A stretch of DNA of 64,000 bases from the human T2T-CHM13v2.0 reference genome, Homo sapiens: assembly GCF_009914755.1 (NCBI RefSeq), contig NC_060935.1; one strand, 5' to 3'. Under the pieces are notes generated by a model that ran no database searches, had not been told where the DNA came from, and was given only the letters and a program-made list of their open reading frames with translations. Within the stretch, counting starts at the first letter, position 1, and every line of letters starts with the position of its first letter. Shown here piece after piece: positions 1 to 15,512 of this stretch. Made by a program: the position numbers and the translations under genes.

Positions 1-765
1 TACATGTTACTGAAAATGCAAAGCAAATTTCTAAAATTTATAAAGCTGAACTGCAATATTAACACCAAAGTTTTACACTGAGTTTAGGATCTCTTCTAAG
101 AGTTTTGTAAATTTAAAAAGGAAAATCATACCTGTATTGTTCCTAAGGTGAGCAGAAAACAAAATAATACACTATCATTTGCAATTATTAAATACTAAAA
201 GGTAAGAAAGCTAAATCCAGTTCAACTTCCTCATTTCACTCTTAAGAAAACATTAAACATTCACATAAAAATGTTTAGAAATGGGAAAACAGGTTCATGC
301 AAGTCACTTATATAACAGGAAAGAAGCAAACACAAAATAATTCTCACAAATAATTCTACCCTTAATGTGCTTTGAAACATCAGATATTATAGCTTATTTT
401 CAAAACAGAACAAAGTCAGTATGTTTCTTAAATGTCTTTATAATTAGACAATATTCTCTAACACAGTCAACGAGGCTATATGGCAGTTCTATTGCTATAA
501 AAAAATTAAGCTTCTAATTTTCTAGATATTAACTCCCTTTTTTGAAAAACTGATACAATGCCTGGTTCACAGTTGGGCCTCAAAATGTCTGTTGATTTTG
601 TTGGTGAATTAATCTTACACATAATACTAGTTTTAATTTTTCTGTTGATTAGTGTCAAGGGCAATAGTTTCCTCTCTTTTTTTATGTTGTAAAATGACCA
701 AACTAATAAGCATCACTAAGAAGAGAGAACCAACATGAACATGGGGAACAAAAAAAGCTCCTTAC

Positions 766-1071
<306 letters not shown>

Positions 1072-1444
1072 CTTTTTACAACTAGGCCTCCCAAATTCAA
1101 GCCTTAACCATCTCTATCCAAAACTGTTTTAATAATTTCAATTAAGTTGACAATCAAATTAAAGGCCAGATAATTTGACACACTTAATGATAACTGTAAT
1201 TACCATGCTGCTTGTTGATTAGATATTAGCAGTAAGCTTTCTGGTGATATATACTAACTTTGCTGAATAGCCAAACTAAGTTTTTATAGTTTTTCTAAGT
1301 CTAGAACCTATAAACAGCTTAAGTATCAGGAGTCCTCACAATGGCTAAGAAAATTTAATCCAAGCCAAAGGGATCTAAAGTCAATTAACCACAGCTGAGA
1401 TTTTCTATGTTCCCATTCTCCCTTTCACTCAGAGTCCTTATGTT

Positions 1445-1822
<378 letters not shown>

Positions 1823-2073
1823 TTACGTTGCATTAATGCATCCACATTATTCCATGTACTCACCAGGATTTTTTGTTATAAACAAAAATACCCACTCTGG
1901 TTAACTTATTAAAAGATTATCAGTCAATTTACAAAAACAACAGGAAGATTTAACAAAGAAAAAAAAACAGAGGAAGCAAGAAACATCCAGAACTCACAGC
2001 ACAGAATACTGTGCTTAAAATGCTGCTGCAAGGAGTATTAATTAACTTATACACACTACTGTGACACTTAACA

Positions 2074-2354
2074 GGCCAGGTGTGGTGGCTCACGCCTGTA
2101 ATCCCAGCACTTTGGGAGGCTGAGGCGGGAGGATCACTTGAACCCAGGACAGCCTGGGCAACATGGTGAGACCCCGTGTCTACAAAAAATAAAAAAGCCG
2201 GGAGTGGTGGCAAGCTCCTATAGTTCCAGCTACTTGGGAGACTGAGGTGGAGGGATCACTTCAGCCTGGGAGGTCAAGGTCACAGTGAGCTATAATCAAG
2301 CCACCGCACTCTGGCCTGGGCAACAGAGACAGTCTCAAAAAGAAAAAAAAAAAA
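2074..2354 (+). mobile_element. AluJ-like
   Basis: Alu dimer; TSD cacttaaca. Confidence 0.9.
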
Positions 2355-2504
2355 GCACTTAACACACTTTATGAATACAATATGGCACATCTATCTGCCC
2401 ATTAGAGTGAGAACTCCTGAGTATTTTACTCATCTTTCCATTCTCAAATGCAAAGAGTATGTGGCATATAATAACTGTCCGAATGTACGACTGACATCTT
2501 AAAG

Positions 2505-2714
2505 CAGTGGTCGGCAAACTTTTTCCGTAAAGGGCCAGGTAAGTAAACATTATAAGCTTTGTAAGCCACACAGTCTCTGTTGAAACCATTCTACTGTTGT
2601 AGCAGGAAAGCAGCCATAGATAATATGTAAACAAGTCAGCTACGATGTGTTCAAATAAAACTTTATAAAAACAGGCAGTAGGCTGGGTTTAGCCCATGGA
2701 CCACAATTTGCCAA
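2505..2714 (+). mobile_element. MER58A-like hAT-Charlie DNA transposon
   Basis: cagtggtcggcaaactttttccgtaaagggccag...gcagccatagataatatgtaaac...atttgcca resembles MER58A. Confidence 0.75.
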
Positions 2715-2890
2715 GTATTTTAACAAGAATCAACACTTTTCCTTTCATAATTTAACTGAAGTTGGTACCTACAAAGATATGAGCTCACGACATATGACTA
2801 TCTGTAATGGATCAATTTTGGATATGACTTTGGGTGGGGGTAAAAAAAGGACCGAAGACATGTAATATAGATGAATAATGAAAATAACAG

Positions 2891-3222
2891 GGCTGGGTGC
2901 AGTTGCCTGCACTTTAGGAGGCTGAGGCAGGAGGATCACTTGAGGCCAGAAGTTTGAGACTAGCCTGGGCAACATAGTGAAACTGTATCTCTAAAAAAAA
3001 TTAAAATCAGCCAAGCATGGTGGTGTGCACATGTAGTCTTAGCTACTCCAGAGGCTGAGGTGGGAGGACTGCCTGAGCCCCGGAGTTCAAAGCCCTGGAG
3101 TTCGTGGCATGGAGCTATGATCATGCCACTGTACTCCAGCAGCAGAGAGGTGACAGTGACAGAGAGAAGGAGGGAGACAGGGAAAAAGGGAGGGACGGAG
3201 GGAGGAAGGAAAAAGAAAAAAG
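2891..3222 (+). mobile_element. AluJ-like with GA-rich tail
   Basis: Diverged Alu followed by purine-rich low-complexity sequence. Confidence 0.85.
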
Positions 3223-3677
3223 AAGTATCTATTGGGAACAGAGTTGGAAGAAAGGGCAATTCCATTACCCTTGCCAGTTGACTGGTTAGGTATAGAATGT
3301 GCCCCAATCCTGGCCAATGAGGCTCGAAAGACATCTGCTTGGGGGTTTCTGGAAACAGTTCCTCTTATTCCTTTGGATACTGCCCTGTCTGGATGGGATG
3401 CAGCAGCCAAACTGGGACAAGGGGCTAACTGCAGGCTTGACCTCCCAGGCTCAAGTGATACCCCAACCTCAGCATTCTGAGTAGCTGGGACTACAGGTCC
3501 ACACCACCGCTCCTGGCTCCTTTGCAGCAGCCAAACTGAGATGGGTAAGGGCTGTCTTAGTATGAAGTTAATAGGGAAAATCACAGGGAAGAGAGTTGGA
3601 AAGAGAAGGAGTCCTTGATGTCATTATTGAACCATTCTTGAGCCTCTGGACTTTTAGTATGCAAGACATTAAATTTT

Positions 3678-4322
<645 letters not shown>

Positions 4323-5942
4323 TGACATTAAATTTCCTCATTGTTTAAACCAGTTGGAGAATTTTCTGCTATTTGATGCCAATGCATCTTAAAGGATCTA
4401 AGGGCTCAAAACTGAAGAGCGCTCACTTCACAAATTTACCTGCAGTCAGTCCTAGTTGACTTAAACTTTTCACAAATAAATTAAAAAAAAAAAACATTTA
4501 AGGTCCTGAAAGCCATAGAGATTATCTACAACTCAGAAGAAAACAGTCCATTATCTCAATTACTAATAGCTTTATAAATTCTATAATCTTAGAGAAAATA
4601 AACAATGAAGTACCTGTTTCTTCAATACTGTATCTAAAATATCCTTTCAACAGGATGTTTTTTCTAAGGAGTTGGCAAACTTTTTTTGTAAAGAGCAAGA
4701 TGTGGCTATTTCCCACACCAAATTATAAACCTCCTTTTTTAAAAGACACCATTTCTCATTGTCAACTATATGCCATATGCTAGAAAACAAAAAGTAAACT
4801 TCATCTTCAATCATTAATCAAGAAAATCTGTACACAAACAAATTTGCACATACACACACTTGAGAATTAGCGTAGGGAATTCTATTGTGTGCTTTTATTC
4901 AAATGATGAAAACATGAGAAATATGATTTACTCAATGTTTAACACAAGTTAATAAGCATCCTTTCAATGTCTGTTACAATATAACCCTATTTTAACAAGA
5001 CTTTAAAATCACAAATAAGGGATATAAAGTATATGTTTATCCCTGCATACCTACTGGCATTTTCTATAAACAAGGAATTGCCGACAGCAGCTACCTATGG
5101 AAAACAGGACTGGGAAAGGGGCTGGGGTGTTCCAGGGAGTAAGGAGGACTTTGACCTTTTCCTTGACATTTTTCTGAGTTTTTAAACTTTGCCATAAAAT
5201 ATATCACTTTTATAGTTTTTTTTAAATGGCTTAAGCTATACATTCAATATAAAGATATACACCAGGAACTTAAAGTAGGAAAGGCAGGATTTCTCTAAAA
5301 TAGGCTAGAAATTGAGGAACTCTCTGGGGCCAGATTGGACACCTCTATCATCAAAGCAGTACGCACACCCTGGCTGCAGCAATCAAGGAAGTTACCAGAA
5401 CAGTCTTCAGCTGGATCAGTAATGCCATGAGACTTAAAATAATCTTTTAAGGGTAGAGTCCATAGCAACCCAATCCAGCTCCACTGAATCTTGTACCCCA
5501 GGGGTAGTATCAGTTAAGTACCACCTGCCAGCTCGTGGTCTGCAGGAAGGTTCCTGCCACCCAACAGTGACTTGCTTGACTTCCCCGATGCACAGAAGTA
5601 ACACGAAATTATATTTATCTACACCTTACATATAAACTCCAGCAGCATATAGCTCAGTTTTCACAACCTTAATAAAACAGATTTTTTTAGACTTTGGCCT
5701 ACAGGAAATATTGGTTAAAATTTGACCCCGTTTTTAAACATTAGTAGCATAAATTAAAATGCATTAAATTAAAAATGGATGAAAAAACAAGACTCTCACC
5801 ATCATTTACCATTTCAGACTATTATATCAGATCACACATAGTAGGTTAAAAGATTGAGAACTGAAAGCAAAATAAAAATATATAAAGACTTTCACTTCAA
5901 CAGCCTGCCAAAGATAAAAAATGAATAATAAAATCCAATTCT

Positions 5943-6380
5943 GGCCGGGCGCAGCGGCTCATGCCTGTAATCCCAGCACTTTGGGAGGCCGAGGCGGGCA
6001 GAACGCCGGAGGTCCAGGAGTTCCAGACCAGCCTGGCCAACATGGCAAAACCCCGTCTCTACTAAAAATGCAAAAATTAGCCGGGCATGGTGGCGCACGC
6101 CTGTAGTCCCAGCTACTCGGGTGGCTGAGGTACAAGAATCACTTGAACCCAGGAGGCGGAGGTGCAGTGAGCCAAGATCATGCCACTGCATATCACCCTG
6201 GGAGACAGAGCGAGATGGGCTAACTGGATTAAAATAAGCATCGGTTTCATTAAAAAGGACTAACTTGAAGATAAATCTTTTGACTCTAGCTCTTTAGAGG
6301 ATCTAAAGTGACCTTGATGGACAGTGGAAGAAATCACAACATGGAATTCCTTGAGTAAAAATTTATCGACTTAAAAAAAA
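5943..6380 (+). mobile_element. Chimeric retroposon: Alu (5943-6215) + ~157-bp non-Alu segment + poly(A)
   Basis: One TSD aaaatccaattct (5930-5942 and 6379-6391) brackets both parts. Confidence 0.85.
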
Positions 6381-7619
6381 AATCCAATTCTGCTTTTGGG
6401 AACAGTGAACCAATAAACAAAAGACAACGCGTTCCCCATCCCGGAGACTAATGAGACTCAGCAAGGGAGGGAAACAACAGCAAAGTCTGTCATTTCTTAC
6501 CAACAAAAGGAAAGTAATCAATTTGACTTTCAGTTAATTAATCACAATTTCAAAAAAAAAAACAAAAGGACAGACTCAACGTATTTTCCCTACACCCAAA
6601 TTAATTACATCTATTCTACAGCTACTTCTGAGACTCTCCTACATACTCTTCCATGTGTGGGGATACAGGAGTGAACAAAACATTGTATGTGATTCCTAAG
6701 GTCAAGAACTCAACGTTTTTTCAATGCCACAATCAAATTCTGTCTCATTTAAATAAAACTGTAAAGAATGCCAATGTCTATTCATTCCTTGCTAATAATA
6801 TACCAACTGTTTATTAAATTCCATCATATATAAAAAAGCGATTAAGCAAAGAAAGTCACTGCAATCGTCTTTACAGCATACGATTAACTTCAAAAGGAGT
6901 GTTTTACATGTTGCTGTATTTGAAGGAAAGTATTATTAATCTCTGGAAGATAAAGCACACTGGGGAAAGCAAAGAAATTCTGAAAATAAAAAACTGCAAT
7001 CCTGAATATTAGTCTCCTTTCTCAAATCCAGTGATGCTGTTTTGGCAAATGGATCAAGCCATTATTTATCCAGCAACATGAACGGGGTAATTGTTCCTTC
7101 TTAGCTCCATCAGTCATATAAAAGAGTATTTAGTGTTCTAAAAAAAAAAAAAAAAAAAAGAAGTATGCTCCTTAAACAATAGATTACAATGTCTATGTCA
7201 AAGTACTCGTTTATCAAATAAACCCTTATTATCTTAGGCTTTTATATTTACATCCTGCCAGTCTTAGTGCCACAAGAATGCCATCGAGTTCCTCAGCAAC
7301 GTGTCTTCCACCAAAATCTCAAATGTATTTTAAAATATATTTTTATGAAGTTGACTTTTAACACATTTCCAACCTAGTAACTACTCTTTAAGGAAAAAAA
7401 AAAACCACCAAATATTGGGAATGTCTGAAGAAACATGACATCTGTCTAGGAAGTGATGTAGTCTGTTTAAACTGAAAAAAAAAAAAAAAAAACAAAAATG
7501 CACTGCCCCCTTTCAAAGTTAGTCCGGGAATTGAGTTTAGAATCCTTTAAAGGAAAAGAGAGATATCATGTACTGAACTTGTCTGGTGGGGTCTGAGACA
7601 CTAAAACTGAGCGGCCTCA

Positions 7620-8900
7620 AGGGCCCGAGAAAGTTACAGGGCTCCGAGAGCTGCAACAGCAGCAGGTAGAGCTGCGGCCGGGAACCGCGGCCCTGGCCTG
7701 GCGGGTGCGAGCGGCGGGAGCGGCTGGCGCCCCAAAGCCTGTCATGCAACATCCCCTTTGCCACTGGGGCGGAACGCACGCTCTCTAGTAATTCAACACC
7801 CCTCCTTTCAAACTGGAGGCCGGGGAACAAGTTCTAATAAATGTAAAATCGAATTCTACCTACGCTGAATATCTGGATTTTCAAACAACCCTTGGGACCA
7901 TGCCAGCCCGGGCCCGGGGCCCAGTCCAGGCAGCGGGAGCCCACCGTCCCCAGGGCGCTGGGGGTCCGACACCGGCGCTGAAGGCAGACTCCGCGCCCCG
8001 AGGAAAGGAGAATCCCGCGGCGGCGAAGGTCGACTTTGGCCCGGCCAGGCACGTTCGGGCCGCGGCTCAGCCACGACTCGGGCAGGGCCTCGCGGCCCCT
8101 ACCAGCCCCGGGAGGAGCCTGGCCGGCCGGGCCGTTACCACAGTGGCGCCTCGGCCAGCTGGGCGCGAGCGGAGGCGCGCCAAGCCCTGGCGGCGGCGCC
8201 ACGGCCGGGCAGCACGGGCCCCGCAACTTCGCGCCGCCACCTTAGCGTCTCCGGAGGAACCGGGAGCGGGGAGTGGGGGAAGGGAGGGCGCCGCGCCTTA
8301 CCCGGAGAGCGGGCGGCTTCTGCCCGCCGGCGTGTGGCTGGGGCGCTGCGCGGCGGCGCGGCTGCGACAGGGAGGGAGAAGCGGTGGTGCGAGCGCTGGG
8401 CCGCGGGAGACGAGAGGCGCCGCCGCCACCGCAGACAGCTCCGCAATATGGCCGCTCGGCGCCTCCGCGGGAAAAGGCGGGGCTGCCCGGCGCCCCCCCG
8501 CCTCCCCCTGCCGGCCGGCCGTCCTCGCGCCGCGGACTGAGCGCCAACGCCGCCGCTGGGGGCCGCCCCCGCCCCGCCCCTCCCGCAGGCTCGCAGCCGC
8601 AGGCCTGGCTCCGGGCGTGGCCGGGGGTCGCGGTCTGGGGCCGGCCAACGCGAGGTGGGTGGCTGCGGGCTCGGGAGCGCCCAGGGAAATAGGGCGAATG
8701 CGCCGGAGGGTCGAGCCCTTCCAGAGAGCGCTGGGCTCCAGCTAAACCTGCGGTCGAGGGAAGCGGAGCCGCCCAGCCCAAAGCTCGGAGTGTGCCCGCC
8801 GCCTCCCCAACGAGTGGAAACTTGAAACTCCCGCTGGTGCCAGCAAACTCACTGAGGGCGTTGCCGTCGCCCCCAGAGGAGGAATTCTTCCCAGAGGGAG
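7620..8900. promoter_or_regulatory. CpG island / TATA-less promoter
   Basis: Very high GC and CpG density against AT-rich flanks. GC boxes 8563-8584, E2F-type site TTTTCCCGCG (minus, 8466-8475), YY1-type AATATGGCCGC (8445-8455). Confidence 0.92.
8302..8460 (-). other. RDX: Non-coding first exon (5' UTR); 5' end approximate
   Basis: Plus-strand ccttac|ccgg at 8296-8305 reads CCGG|GTAAGG on the minus strand. A YY1 motif sits near the presumed TSS. No ATG in the exon on the minus strand. Confidence 0.75.
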
Positions 8901-10039
8901 CCGGGGACCAAATGAAGCGTGAGACTTGGCTGTTAGGTTTGAAGATCCTGGACTGGGAAGGAGAAAAGGGCCTACCTGAGCGGAATTTAGATTTGCAACA
9001 AAGAACGTTTACATTATTTTGGCAGGTTTTAGCCAACTAGAAAAACTTAATTTTTCAGCGACAATTTTCAAACTTCACCAAAACCTCAATGGATAAGACC
9101 CCAAATCAGGAGTGCAAATTTTAATCCAAGCAAGGATGTGTGATAATTTTTTATTACCAACGACATGCTTTGGCAGTTGGAAGGAGTTGGTTAGCAAGAA
9201 AAAGTTGGAAGTAGGGCCCCAAAGAGCCGCCAAACCTACATAATTCTAGATTTAGAGAAAGTTAGGCATTCGATCTTAAGACTAAGTCTAGCCCACTCAC
9301 TTTAGTTAGTGGCTGGGATGAGACAGGAAGCTCCTGACTTCTGGATCAGTCTTCTGTCATCTAATCCATGCTGAGTCCCCTCAGTATTGTCTGCTGGGAT
9401 GATTCAGGGAGCAAAACTTGCTATGAGTATACAAACAGCAAGCGCACAAAATCAGATTCGCCTGGCTTGCCCTGTTTGCAATACTTTTTTTAGCTTATCT
9501 TTTGTGAACAAACTTTAGATTCAAATAACAAAACGCCTGAGTATACTTACTTTTATAGGACAAATAACTCCTATACTTCCTGCCTTAGCATTTACCTTAG
9601 GTGAGACAGTAGCTTTTCCAGGAAATATCTGCAAATCACTTTCACTAGCCTGCCTCTTCAGTGAGTTTCCACTATTGCCCTTTGAGACCTCTCCGAACAA
9701 TTAAAAGCCCCCAAGAGACTCAAGGGTTAAACTCAAGGGCCTTTAGATAGCAAATTCCTCAAGGATGGGAACCAGGTGTGTGATTTGCGACCAAATAGGT
9801 TCTTGTGGTTCTTAGGGACCACCAAAAGATCACTCCTTACCTCTCCCTAGGGTGCAAGAATTATCCTGGTTATTGTTCAGCCTACCACATCAGGTTGCAG
9901 GCATAGTCAAAGTATTACGTAATACTTCCCATGAAGTAGGTAAGAAAAAAAAGTATTATGTAAATTCCTACATAGTACACTAATCAAATGAAATTATATA
10001 ACACACTTTTGCAACTGAAAGTGAAGGATTCACTGTTGT

Positions 10040-10257
10040 TGGTCAGGTGCCAGACACTGGTGTGAAATTCTTTTACATGACTGTCTCTTTTAATGGTTAC
10101 AAAAACCCTCTGGGATAAATACTATTATTGACCCTTTAAAAAAAATCGATGAATAAAGACAGCTTAAAAAGAGGTAAGTAATTTCCCCAATGTAACAAAA
10201 CTAGGAAGTGGCAGAGCAGTGACCAAACCCAAATATATGTTTGACTCCAAAAGCCTT
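10040..10257 (-). mobile_element. MIR
   Basis: gaggtaagtaatttccccaatgtaac...aggaagtggcagagc...tgactccaaaagcc core. Confidence 0.7.
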
Positions 10258-10466
10258 GATTTTATCCTATCTTCTGCAACAGCAAACAGACCAAAAATTG
10301 CAACATTTTAGTTGGGTATCCTATTAGTAAATATTTAAGTGAAAGATAACAGTCAAGGCTGGTGAGATAAAAAGGGTACTCTCAGACATGGTGAGTGGGA
10401 GTGTAAACTGAAATAATCTCTTTATAAAGCTATTTGGCACTGTGATTCAACCCTTAAGAACTTTCA

Positions 10467-10805
<339 letters not shown>

Positions 10806-11021
10806 TCACACCAGTAATCCCAACACTTTGGGAGGCTGGGGCGGGAAGGTCGCTTGAGCCCAGGATTTTCAAGACCAGCCTGATCAAAATAGTGAAACCC
10901 CATCGCTACTATAAAAATTAGCCAGGCATGGTGGCATGTCTGTAGTCCTAGCTATTCAGGAGGCTGAAGAGTCAGAAGAATCCCTTGAGCCCAGGAATTT
11001 GAGGCTGCAGTGAGCTGTGAT

Positions 11022-11968
11022 TGTCAAAGGCGTTGACCACAGAGTGACTCCATCTTGAATAGGGGCTGGGTAAAATAAGGCTTAGACCTGCTGGGCTGCA
11101 TTCCCAGGAGGTTTGGCATTGTAAGTCACAGGATGAGATAGGAGGTCAGCACAAGATACAGGTCATAAAGACCTTGCTGATAAAACAAGTTGCAGTAAAG
11201 AAGCCAGCCAAAATCTACCAAAACCAAGATGGCAATGATGGTGATCTCTGGTCATCCTCACTGCTCATTTTATGCTAATTATAATACAGGAGCATGCTAA
11301 AAGACACTCTCAACAGCACCATGACAGTTTACAGATGACATGGCAACATCACGAAGTTACCCTATATGGTTTAAAAGGGGGAGGAACACTCAGTTCTGGG
11401 AATTGCCCACCCCTTTCCCAGAAAACTCATGAATAACCCAACCCTTGTTTAGCATATGATCAATAAACAACTATAGGTAGTTTTAGTCCAGCAGCCCAAG
11501 CTGCTGCTCCGCCTATGGAGTAGCCATTCTTTTATTCCTTTACTTTTTTTGTTTGCTTGTTTTTTGAGATAAGAGTCTCACTCTGTTGCCCAGGTTGGGG
11601 TATAGTGGCCTGATCTTGGCTCACTGCAACCTCCGCCTCCTGGGCTCAAGTGATTATCCTGCCTCAGCCTCCCAAGTAGCTGGGATTATAGGGGGCTGAG
11701 CCCACGCTCACCTAATTTTTTTTTCTTTTAATAGAGATGGGGTTTCAACCTGTTGGCCAGGGTGCTCTCAAACTCCCGACCTCAGGTCATCCACCCACCT
11801 CAGCCTCCCAAAGTGCTAGGATTACAGGCGTGAGCCATGGTGCCTGGCCAATTCCTTTACTTTTCTAATAAACTTGCTGTCACTTTATGGATTCACCTTG
11901 AATTCTTTCTTGCACGAGATCCAAGAACCCACTCTTGGGGTCTGGATGGGGACTCCTTTCCAGTAACA
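11022..11968 (+). mobile_element. MER41B solo LTR (ERV1) containing an antisense Alu (11548-11849)
   Basis: TGTCA...GTAACA termini, MER41B-specific segment with two GAS motifs, 4-bp TSD tgat; inner Alu TSD attcctttactttt. Confidence 0.9.
11394..11423. promoter_or_regulatory. Tandem STAT GAS motifs in MER41B
   Basis: TTCTGGGAA 11394-11402 and TTCCCAGAA 11415-11423. Function not shown. Confidence 0.6.
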
Positions 11969-11969
11969 T

Positions 11970-13296
11970 TGTGTCCAGAATTGGTGGGTTCTTGGTCTCA
12001 CTGACTTCAAGAATGAAGCCACGGACCCTCGCGGTAAGTGTTACAGCTTTTAAGGTGGCACGTCTGGAGTTTGCTCCTTCTGATCTTCGGATGTGTTCGG
12101 AATTTCTTCCTTCTGGTAGGTTCGTGGTCTCGCTGGCTCAGGAGTGAAACTGCAGACCTTCGTGGTTCAGTGTTACAGCTCTTAAGGCAGCGTGTCTGGA
12201 GTTGTTCGTTCCTCCAGGTGGGTTCGTGGTCTTGCTGGCTTCAGGAGTGAAGCTGCAGACCTTCGCAGTGAGTGTTACAGCTCATAAAGGCAATGTGGAC
12301 CCAAAGAGTGAGCAGCAGCAAGATTTATGGCAAAGAGCGAAAGAACAAAGCTTCCACAGTGTGGAAGGGGACGGGAGCCAATTGCCACTGTTGGCTCAGG
12401 CAGCCTGCTTTTATTCTCTTATCTGGCCCCACCCACATCCTGCTGATTGGTCCATTTTACAGAGAGCCCAGTGGTCTGTTTTGATAGGGCGCTAATTGGT
12501 GCGTTTACAATCCCTGAACTAGATATAAAAGTTCTCCACGTCCCCACTAGATTAGCTAGATACAAAGTGTCCACACAAAGGTTCTCCAAGTCCCCACCAG
12601 AGTAGCTAGATACAGAGTGTTGATTGGTGCATTCACAAACCCTGAGTCTGACATAAAGATTCTCCAAGTCCCCACAAGACTCAGGAGCCCAGCTGGCTTC
12701 ACCCAGGGGATCCCGCACCAGGGGGCAGGTAGAGCTGCCTGCCAGTCCCGCACCGTGCGCCCGCACTCCTCAGCCCTTGGGTGGTCGATGGGACTGGGTG
12801 CCGGTGGAGCAGGGGGCGGCGCTCGTTGGGGAGGCTTGGGCTGCGCAGGAGCCCACGGAGAAGGCGGGGAGGCTCAGGCATGGCGCGCTGCAGGTCCCCA
12901 GCCCTGCCCCGCGGGAAGGCAGCTAAGGCCCTGTGAGAAATTGAGCACAGCAGCTGCTGGCCCAGGTGCTAAGACCATCACTGCCGGGCCCGCGGGCTGC
13001 GGGCCGGCCTGCGGCTCCAAGTGCGGGGCCCGCCCAGCCCACGCCTACCCCGAACTCGTGCTGGCCCACAAGCACCAGCGCGGTTCCCTCCCGCGCCTCT
13101 CCCTCCGGGCCTCTCCCTCCACACCTCCCCGCAAGCTGAGGTAGCCGGCTCCTGCCTTGGCCAGCCCAGAAAGGGGCTCCTACAGTGCAGCGGCGGGCTG
13201 AAGGGCTCATCAAGTGCCGCCAAAGTGGGAGCCCAGGCAGAGGAGGTGCCGAGAGCGAGCGAGGGCTGAGGATTGCCAGCACGCTGTCACCTCTCA
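11970..13296 (-). mobile_element. LTR12C-like (ERV9) solo LTR
   Basis: Minus strand begins TGAGAGGTGACAGCGTGCTGGCA and ends ...AATTCTGGACACA; TSD acat; CCAAT boxes and AATAAAAG TATA-like box; CpG-rich U3. Confidence 0.92.
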
Positions 13297-13496
13297 ACAT
13301 GATGGCACCACTGCACTCCAGCCTGGGCAACAGAGTGAGACCCTGTCTCAAACAAAAGAATGTTCATAACTCTTGGAACCCGTAATCACATATCTGGGAT
13401 TCTTTCTGAAGGAAATAATCTGAAATACAGCCAAAGCTTTATTCATAAATGCACAATATTATTTATAAAATGCAAAAATTGAAAACACGAAAACAC

Positions 13497-14098
<602 letters not shown>

Positions 14099-14471
14099 AA
14101 AACCTAAGTTGAGTTTTACCCGATATGGATTGCCAATTATACAAAAGCAGTAAAGCCACTCTTTCCTAAGAATAATTGTGATAAGCTGAGCTGACAGAAT
14201 TTTATGGTCAGGGGTCAAGTTTACTATTGATTGTAGTACCTACACACATGCAGAAATGTTTTGTTTCTTACATCAGATACATGAACTTTTAAATGAAATG
14301 TTAGAGATTTAATTAACAATTTTCCTTCTTATTTTTATCCCAATGCCTCAGATTTCAAGGATTAAAACCATGCACACTTGCTAAAACTACTTTTTTTTAA
14401 GAAAAAATAATATTAATCAGTAGTTACAAGAAATTTTCTAGTCTCACATATAATATGCTTAAGAAATGCTC

Positions 14472-15076
<605 letters not shown>

Positions 15077-15512
15077 TAAAATTAAAATACCCCACTCAAA
15101 CCAATCCGTTACTAACACTTCTATGCTACAGTCCTAATCTACTTCATCACAATATGTTGTCTAATTCTGAATTCTGGAATTCTGATGATAGTTAACAAAG
15201 CATTTGTCTCACTAGCACATGTGAAAGTACTTCTTGAAAGCGGAAAAAGATCATTTTTACGAGAATGGTTTATACATAACAGGTTTTTTTTAAAATCTAG
15301 AACAAACATTGACTTGCAGACCCCTTGCTAGTTTGAATAAAACCTGGTTCCTGCCCTTTGGTTTAGTAATGGGAAAAGCAAACAATGCTGTGCAATAGGA
15401 GCTATAATAAAGATAGACACATAGTGTCAAGGGAGACCGAGAGGAGGGCAATTCACTCTGCTTAGAGAAGAGAACATCATGTGGAGGAAGGGACAGTAGA
15501 AGTTATCTAAGA

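Noticed and set aside
7537-9040. Long overlapping ORFs in the CpG island (281 aa, 264 aa, etc.)
   Set aside because: Low-complexity A/R/G/P translations in many frames result from high GC and few stop codons; no recognisable domain.
11935-13385. ORF cluster and second CpG-rich patch
   Set aside because: Lies within the GC-rich LTR12; not a gene.
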